Shown: one piece after another, positions 57,604 to 64,000 of the stretch
Position numbering within the stretch: the first letter of the stretch is position 1
How the letters are laid out: every line of letters begins with the position of its first letter
NCBI GenBank assembly: GCA_950097015.1
Contig: CATNEN010000028.1
Span: 186,001 to 250,000 of the forward strand
DNA length: 64,000 nucleotides
Direction: 5' to 3'
Source of the DNA: Macrostomum hystrix
Lineage: Eukaryota; Animalia; Platyhelminthes
Made by a program: the position numbers and the translations under genes
The notes under the pieces: model-generated
The model's input: only the letters and a program-made list of their open reading frames with translations
Databases searched by the model: none
What the model was told of the DNA's origin: nothing

Positions 57604-60454
57604 ATCAACCTGGTGTAATTGTTTCAATCGGATTGTCATTGCAAGATGAGGTGGTGAAAATACGAGCTCGGATAATAATATTTCTTCGAGAAACCACACG
57701 CCCTCCCTCCAATAAAAAAATAGGAAAATGTGAATGAGTTTGGGTCGTCGAGGGTCTAAAATTCAAGTCGAGATTGAGCCTTTTTCTTAACTTCTACGAT
57801 TCCTTTTTACATTTCCTTGGATTTTATATTAGATTTCTTGCGACTTTGAGCTGTGGCTGAGCATTGTGTCTTCGCATAAGATTAGATGGAATGGATAGAA
57901 ATTACAGTTAGTACAATCACTGACATCAATATAGTCGTATCTATTGCGCATCGATTCCGAGGACTGCGTACAGCTGTTCAGTCCATGGACTGGGAGGCTA
58001 CCATACCTACCGAGATTTCTACCACCCAGTTGAGTTTCTACCAAACATTATAAGCGTGTGTCTTTGTCGACTGCCAGACTGAATACTAGACTTGCTAACT
58101 TCTAAAGGAAATAAAGCGAATATTTTTCACGTTTATCTGTTTACACTTTGAGCAGAAATTTGCTCATTTATCCAGTTTCGTGTTTTAAAGGCCATCAAAT
58201 ACCCTTATGTTAATCGTTTCTTCTGGACTATCGAATGTTATACCAATAGTAATCAGTGCTGTGTAATCTACAGTATGAGAGTACACACATAAATCTTAAT
58301 AACAGACATTGTTTTTACCTTGATCGTTTTTCTCCTCTTTTGGCAGGTGTTGGTAGTAGTTAGATGGAAAATTATAGTTAAACTTTTTCGCCCCTTTAAT
58401 GACCTACTTATTGACGTTTGTTAAACTAACTTAGTGAATTCCCTGTACAAGATTGGTCATTCGCTGTCTCCTTATTTTTGTTGGTTAGCCTCTCCCTGGC
58501 TGCAATTATCAATAAATTGTGGCTACGCGCTACGCGCAAATTTGGCGTGTTCACGCAAACATCACGTGCAAGATGTCCTTTGATGCTAAAAATAGCATCA
58601 TACATGCACTTTATAGCCGTATCCGTAAACCTATAATTGCTATAGATTTATCTGCTTCTCGTTTATTTGTTTTTGTCTCAACATATCGACTATTTTCTTA
58701 CACTAAGTGACTGTCAGTTAATTACTTTAACCCATTACGAGGCATCAAGATTTTATTTTTGCAATAACTGTCCACACTGAACCTTACTAAAATTAATTCT
58801 GACTAGCTGCTTATAATATCGCACCGGTTTTTTATAAAATTTTAAGATAAAGTATTCCGCAGTATAAATATATATATTTGAAATTGTTTATTTTTTTTTA
58901 ACGAGCAGTGCTGCGGAAATTGGGATCGATGTCGGATATGTCTGTTGGTATGAGGTTTCATAATTGTATTGTTGCATATATTATTTATTTTTGGACGAAT
59001 TTTGTGACCACCATATTATTATTTTCCAACAAAATATAATAGTTTTCTCGGCTGGAAAATGTCGGCCGAGTTTTTGGGCTTGAATTTCCCTCATAAAGAT
59101 AACTATATTACGTTATATTAATTTTACTATAACTCTTAATGCTTGCTTTTTAATATATGTCTGATTGAGTACTTACACAGGGTATATGTAGGTGTATTTT
59201 TTACAAGACTTTCAAAAACGAACTTAATAATACACTGCATCATGCATATGCCAGTGATGATAGTCAATAATATGGTTGGAAGTATACGCAGTACCACAGA
59301 AAGGTCTGACATGCGTTATTAATTGTACATTAATAACTGTAGAATATAGTCGTTATTTCGTTTTTGCATATATTTATACTTTAATCAAGCTAAAATGCTC
59401 TAATTAGCTTTATAAAAAAGCAATAACTCCACAAAAATTGTTTTACTTAAGAAGTTTTGCGATAAATTTATTTGAAAAAAATGAACTAAGCTGCACATAT
59501 GTTCGATAATCCACTCTAAGACGTGTCTTAGTTTAAGTACAATATTTCATTCTAGATAGAAAGCTCTAAAATGGATCTTCACTAACTTTAATACAATACA
59601 GCTATATCAGATTGAAACAATACGAAATTAGAATCTGGTAAGATTTATCTTACAAGAGGTATCTTAAATATTTAAAATCGCTTATATATATAGAAACTGA
59701 ATTCCGATTATAATGCGATACATAAATATGAACTTTAAAGCGAATATATATTTCTTTGTTAACATAAATGTCTTTCCAAGTAGTGTTTTAATTTGCCAAA
59801 GTATGTACTATGAATTATTTAATACTATTTTGAGCAATATATATTTTTTTTCACATTAAAACGGACATAGTTTTTTAATAGAAGCAAATTACCAAACATG
59901 TTGCTTCAGCGAACTTCGCGAAGCCTTTCTCTTGAAAATTTGATATTCATAATAAGTATTTTTTGCAAGGCCTCTATTAGCAAATACCGTCTACAGCTGG
60001 TCTAAGCATACAATAATAGCTTAGACCAGCTTAATGACTCACATGAATAGAGTCTACAGAGTGCTTTTAGAATGATTAGATATATATTCTAATATATTAT
60101 ATTATAAATTGATAAAGTTTTACTTGATCACTAAACAGAGAATGCAGAAAAAAAGCTTACTTCCGAATTGCTTGGTTGTATAGTGAGCTTTTTTATGCAC
60201 AGGGGGCATGTAATAAAAAGGAAAAAATAATATGAAATCGATGTTTTCACAAATAAAGCTTGACAGGAATCAATAAAGCTATAAGTAAGGAAATTAATAT
60301 GAAAATAGAACACTTTGATTTTCCAGGAAAACCTGCCTCTAAACTTTTTTCTTAGAAACATAGTCTCCCGTCCTTCCAGTCCTAGTGGTCATTGTCTCAA
60401 AGTTTTTATTGAACTGTTTAAAACTCTCAACTCTAGTCTAGCTCAGCACAGACG

Positions 60455-63400
60455 ATGGATGAGGATTGTGCTAGCGAATCGCGCTGCTCCGTGGATTCCA
60501 AGCAACGAACAGCGGCGCCAGCTGATTCGCTGCACGTGGATGGTGGCGCTGTTCCCACCAGCTTCTGCCTGATTATCAACAATCAGACGGTGCATATTCG
60601 CAGCGTCAGCATCAAGATCACTGGTCTGGAGGTCAAAAACCAGACGACGCCGGCGAAGAAGGAAGCTTCGGTCGAGATCAGTCTGAATGCGGCGACAGGG
60701 GACGTGGAATATCCGACACCGAATCCGCCAGAAGCATCGAAAATCAAGGTTAGTCGGGGCACTTTAAGTAGTCATAGACGCAGTATTGACATTCAATTAG
60801 TTTTATCCTGCAGACGGTTTAAGTCCGACTATCGCACCGATAGACTTAGCTCTCCAGAGTTCGAATCTGCGTCAAATAAATTTTAAATAAAAATGGTAAC
60901 TACAACGACATAAACGACAAAAATGACATAAAGTACGACCTAAATACCTTACTTTGAAATGAGCAAGGTATTCCCAAAGCAAAAATACCACTATAATTCT
61001 CTTTTCTTTTTTCCATTTCAGAAAATGTAAGCACACTGACCACGCAGTCAATTGGCATGGGAATGTATCAGTATAACCATCAATATTATTCACAGGCGTA
61101 GCATTAACATTTTCTCTAGGGTATATGTACCAAGTTTACATTATTTTGCCAAATCAACTTTGGTTCCAAGTGAATGAAAATGTGGCCGTAAAGTCGAGTT
61201 AAACCTTTAGAATATACGTTTATAATGATATAGCTCCTTTCAACAGCCCTTGGTTAGCAAAATAATTTTCGAACAAATGCATTAATAATTAATAAACTAA
61301 TGTGCTTGCATGACTAGGAGAATCTTGTAAACATTCGCACAACAGCACTATATCTGTTAATCTTTTATACGCACTGTTCAGAGAGCTTATAATCCAATTA
61401 ATCCATTTTTTAGTATTAAAATGCCCAAGTTTTTCAAAAAGTCCAAGTCGCCTCGACGCGAACCGTCCACCAAGTCCGAAAAGGCCGCCGCCGCAGCCAC
61501 TGGTTCGAGTGTCGATGGGCGCTCATTGATGGTGCAGCAGGATTCGTGAGTAGATTGTTTGCACAGGAGTGGGGGTGAGTGGCAGAGCGGTCTGACGCAT
61601 CCCTGAGCTCGATTCCCCAGCCAGCCATATTTATTTGTGGCGCAGCCGCGGAGAGAATGCTTGGGGGCTTGTCGTGTAATTTACACCGTTGAGGGCCAAC
61701 ATTCAAGGCACAGTTCGAGTGTACACTGCCTGACGATGAGAAAGTCAGGGCAGATCTGTGAGCGTATGTCTGCGTACAGTATCTGTGTGCGTGTCTGCTC
61801 AGGAGTCATCGAATTGGGCAGAGCTGCCTCCTCGCTGGCTGCGGGTCTAGTGTCACCAAATGATGTGCCATTGCCCACAGCCCTCCTGCAACTATTAACA
61901 TTATTTGGATAGGAGTACAGTTATTGAGTATAAATGCACGGATGTAGTATTCAGAACTATAATATTCGTTTAAATTGCACCGAGTTACTAGTACTAGCGG
62001 TATAAACTTATAGCATCACCAAATGAGTCCCACTCAAATACCAAGGAAAATTGAGGTGCATGTACTAAGCCTTAATAAAACCGTACATTTATAACTGAAC
62101 CAATAAATCACATTGTACCTATCAGAGAGCTGGCTGACAATAGTTCTGCAGTTAAAAAGCCGTCAGGAGCACCGTCAGCGGACTATCCGGAGTGTAACAG
62201 CGACCATGGTAGCTGCATTAGTGAAATTAGTGTGCCTCCGGGAGATGAAGGTAAAGCTCGGGTGGCAAACGCTCTTGCTGCTGCTGCTGCTGCGGCGGCG
62301 GCTGCGGCTACGGCTTATGCTACCTCAAATGCGTCTGCTACTGCTGCTGCTACATCTGAAGCGACCGCGACCACAGTTGAATCAGCATCGAATACAGTGG
62401 AAAGTGAGACAGCTGGAGAGAAGACACCGGCCCCTGTCTGTCCCGAGAAACTGAAGCCTAAGCCAAAGTAAGATTCCAGACGTTCTAAGCCTATACAAGA
62501 TAAAAAATTAATTTTTAATATCAACACGACGTTTTGGAAGTTGGGCATATATTTCTGCTTAATAACTGATGGTATCAATAGAATAGTAATTACGAGCTAC
62601 ACCTAGCATAATTGGCGCATAAGTTCTTCCAGGGGCCAGTAGGCTGTGTACAGCTATTAAGTCCGTGGACTAGGAAAGCGGCCATACAGGTCAAATTTCC
62701 ACTCTTACAACTGAAGAGACGGGTAATTACGTGTCTTGTTTAATGACAGATAGTCCACCTTGGCACGAGATTCGAGCTCCCGATCTCTTGCTCAGAAGTA
62801 ACCATGGGCAACAAGCTTCCCTTATGAACAATATAAATTAACAATTGACAGGAGTCTATCATCTTTTCTGAACCGCAAAAAGGACACATCGAAGGGTAGC
62901 AGAGATGAGCTGAGCTCATTCAACTTTCCGCAGGACTTGCCGGACAGTGTGAAAGCTTTGTTTGGGGTGAGTAGCTTCAAAACTTCCACAGAACTATTCA
63001 AATTTTCTATTAACGGAAGCCATAGCCCCGATCCGATTGACTTACGGTGTGAACATTAAAAGCTTTAAGAGTTTTGGTTGAAAACAAATAACCTTGTATT
63101 GCAATTGAAATCTTGAACGAAACGCCTAACAATGTTAAAACTGATTGACTGCTATAAAGGCAGAGAAAGATCTCAGAGAATGATATGCTAGAAATGGTAC
63201 CGATTCATGTGCATACTTTTGCACACAACAATCACCGCTTTGCTGCCCTATTCGAGTGGACCACGCAGTTGCTAACTCTGCATGCAGTTTACACTTAGTG
63301 ATAACTGCAGCTATCCAAATAGAAAACAAGTTAGCTGAAGAAAAGTGGTTATGTATTTGTGTTATTCCATTTACCAGAAAATACGGAAACTGTTAGCGCT

Positions 63401-63931
63401 TATCGAATTTGTGATCATGCCACGATAGTCATGGTCAGAAAAATTTTCAGGTCCACTAAATTTAACGGCTTATATTGGTGTTTGTTCAGTAAAACACTTG
63501 GCAGTGTACTGGTTGCATAGCTTGAACGTGCAGATTACATTCTTTAACGTCGGCTTCTCTGATGAGCCCACTTTGATCGGTTGGTTATAAACAATCGCCA
63601 AGGATGATTTCATAGCAAAATTATTTGATTGCTTAACCAGTCAGCCACCCTAGACCCCGCGACCGGCAAATACATTATACTCCACTGCAGATAACGTCGG
63701 ACACGCACCTCATCGCCACAGTCTACGCATCAAAAGCAAATGTCAAGAACCAAAAGAGACTGCTCATAGAGGGCTCCAAAAAACGGTTCACAGTTGACGG
63801 CAAGCAGCGCTCCGTATGGCTGGACCCATCGCCCGGAGAGCTCGTCGAGATTTGGAAGGAGTACATAGAGTACACTGGCAATGAAGGAACGTGCAACCGA
63901 GCTCTCGGAAGGCTGCCGGGTACAGAAAAGT
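60455..63931 (+). CDS. Unrecognised protein, paralogue Y (3' end outside the window); exons 60455-60748, 61022-61026, 61414-61545, 62126-62467, 62852-62966, 63691-63931
   Basis: Phases are consistent. FNFPQDLPDSVKALFG-ITSDTHLIATVYAS...KRFTVDGKQRSVWLDPSPGELVEIWKEY...CNRALGRLPGTEK matches gene X, with the same intron positions and phases. Confidence 0.8.
61570..61900 (+). mobile_element. SINE family A copy
   Basis: Collinear with the family, with a deletion in the head. Confidence 0.78.
62645..62800 (-). mobile_element. SINE family B copy (degenerate)
   Basis: Contains a GTCCGTGGAC palindrome variant, a CTGAAG body and a B-box-like GAGCTCGAATC on the reverse strand. Confidence 0.5.
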
Positions 63932-64000
63932 GTGAGTTGGCGGAGTGGCTGCCTGGACTGACAACTGTCAGTGGGCAGTGGCTGCCTGGACTGGCAAGTG

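Overview
Eukaryotic, intron-rich invertebrate DNA. GC-rich exons, short introns and many intronic minisatellites suggest a free-living flatworm such as Macrostomum (inference only). Genes reconstructed by hand from splice sites and reading phase: RFC3 (+, 3 exons), a protocadherin (-), a TRPA1-like channel (+, about 12.35-37.85 kb, with an in-frame TGA at 17262), USE1 (+), a VGLUT-like SLC17 transporter (+), and two divergently oriented paralogues of an unrecognised gene (45988-52142 minus; 60455 to past the window end, plus). Headline: the 14-kb TRPA1 intron 18402-32467 contains five intronless paralogous genes for secreted prepropeptides (signal peptide, acidic pro-piece, KK site, Arg-rich amphipathic 26-31 aa peptide, G/GK/GKR amidation signal). 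They look like a family of antimicrobial or cytolytic peptides that I do not recognise, with a shared promoter motif and signs of mosaic evolution. Also present: Crypton-type tyrosine-recombinase (DUF3504-like) remnants, tRNA-derived SINEs, two MITE families, retroelement debris, and large satellites, several built from splice junctions and one from a MITE end.
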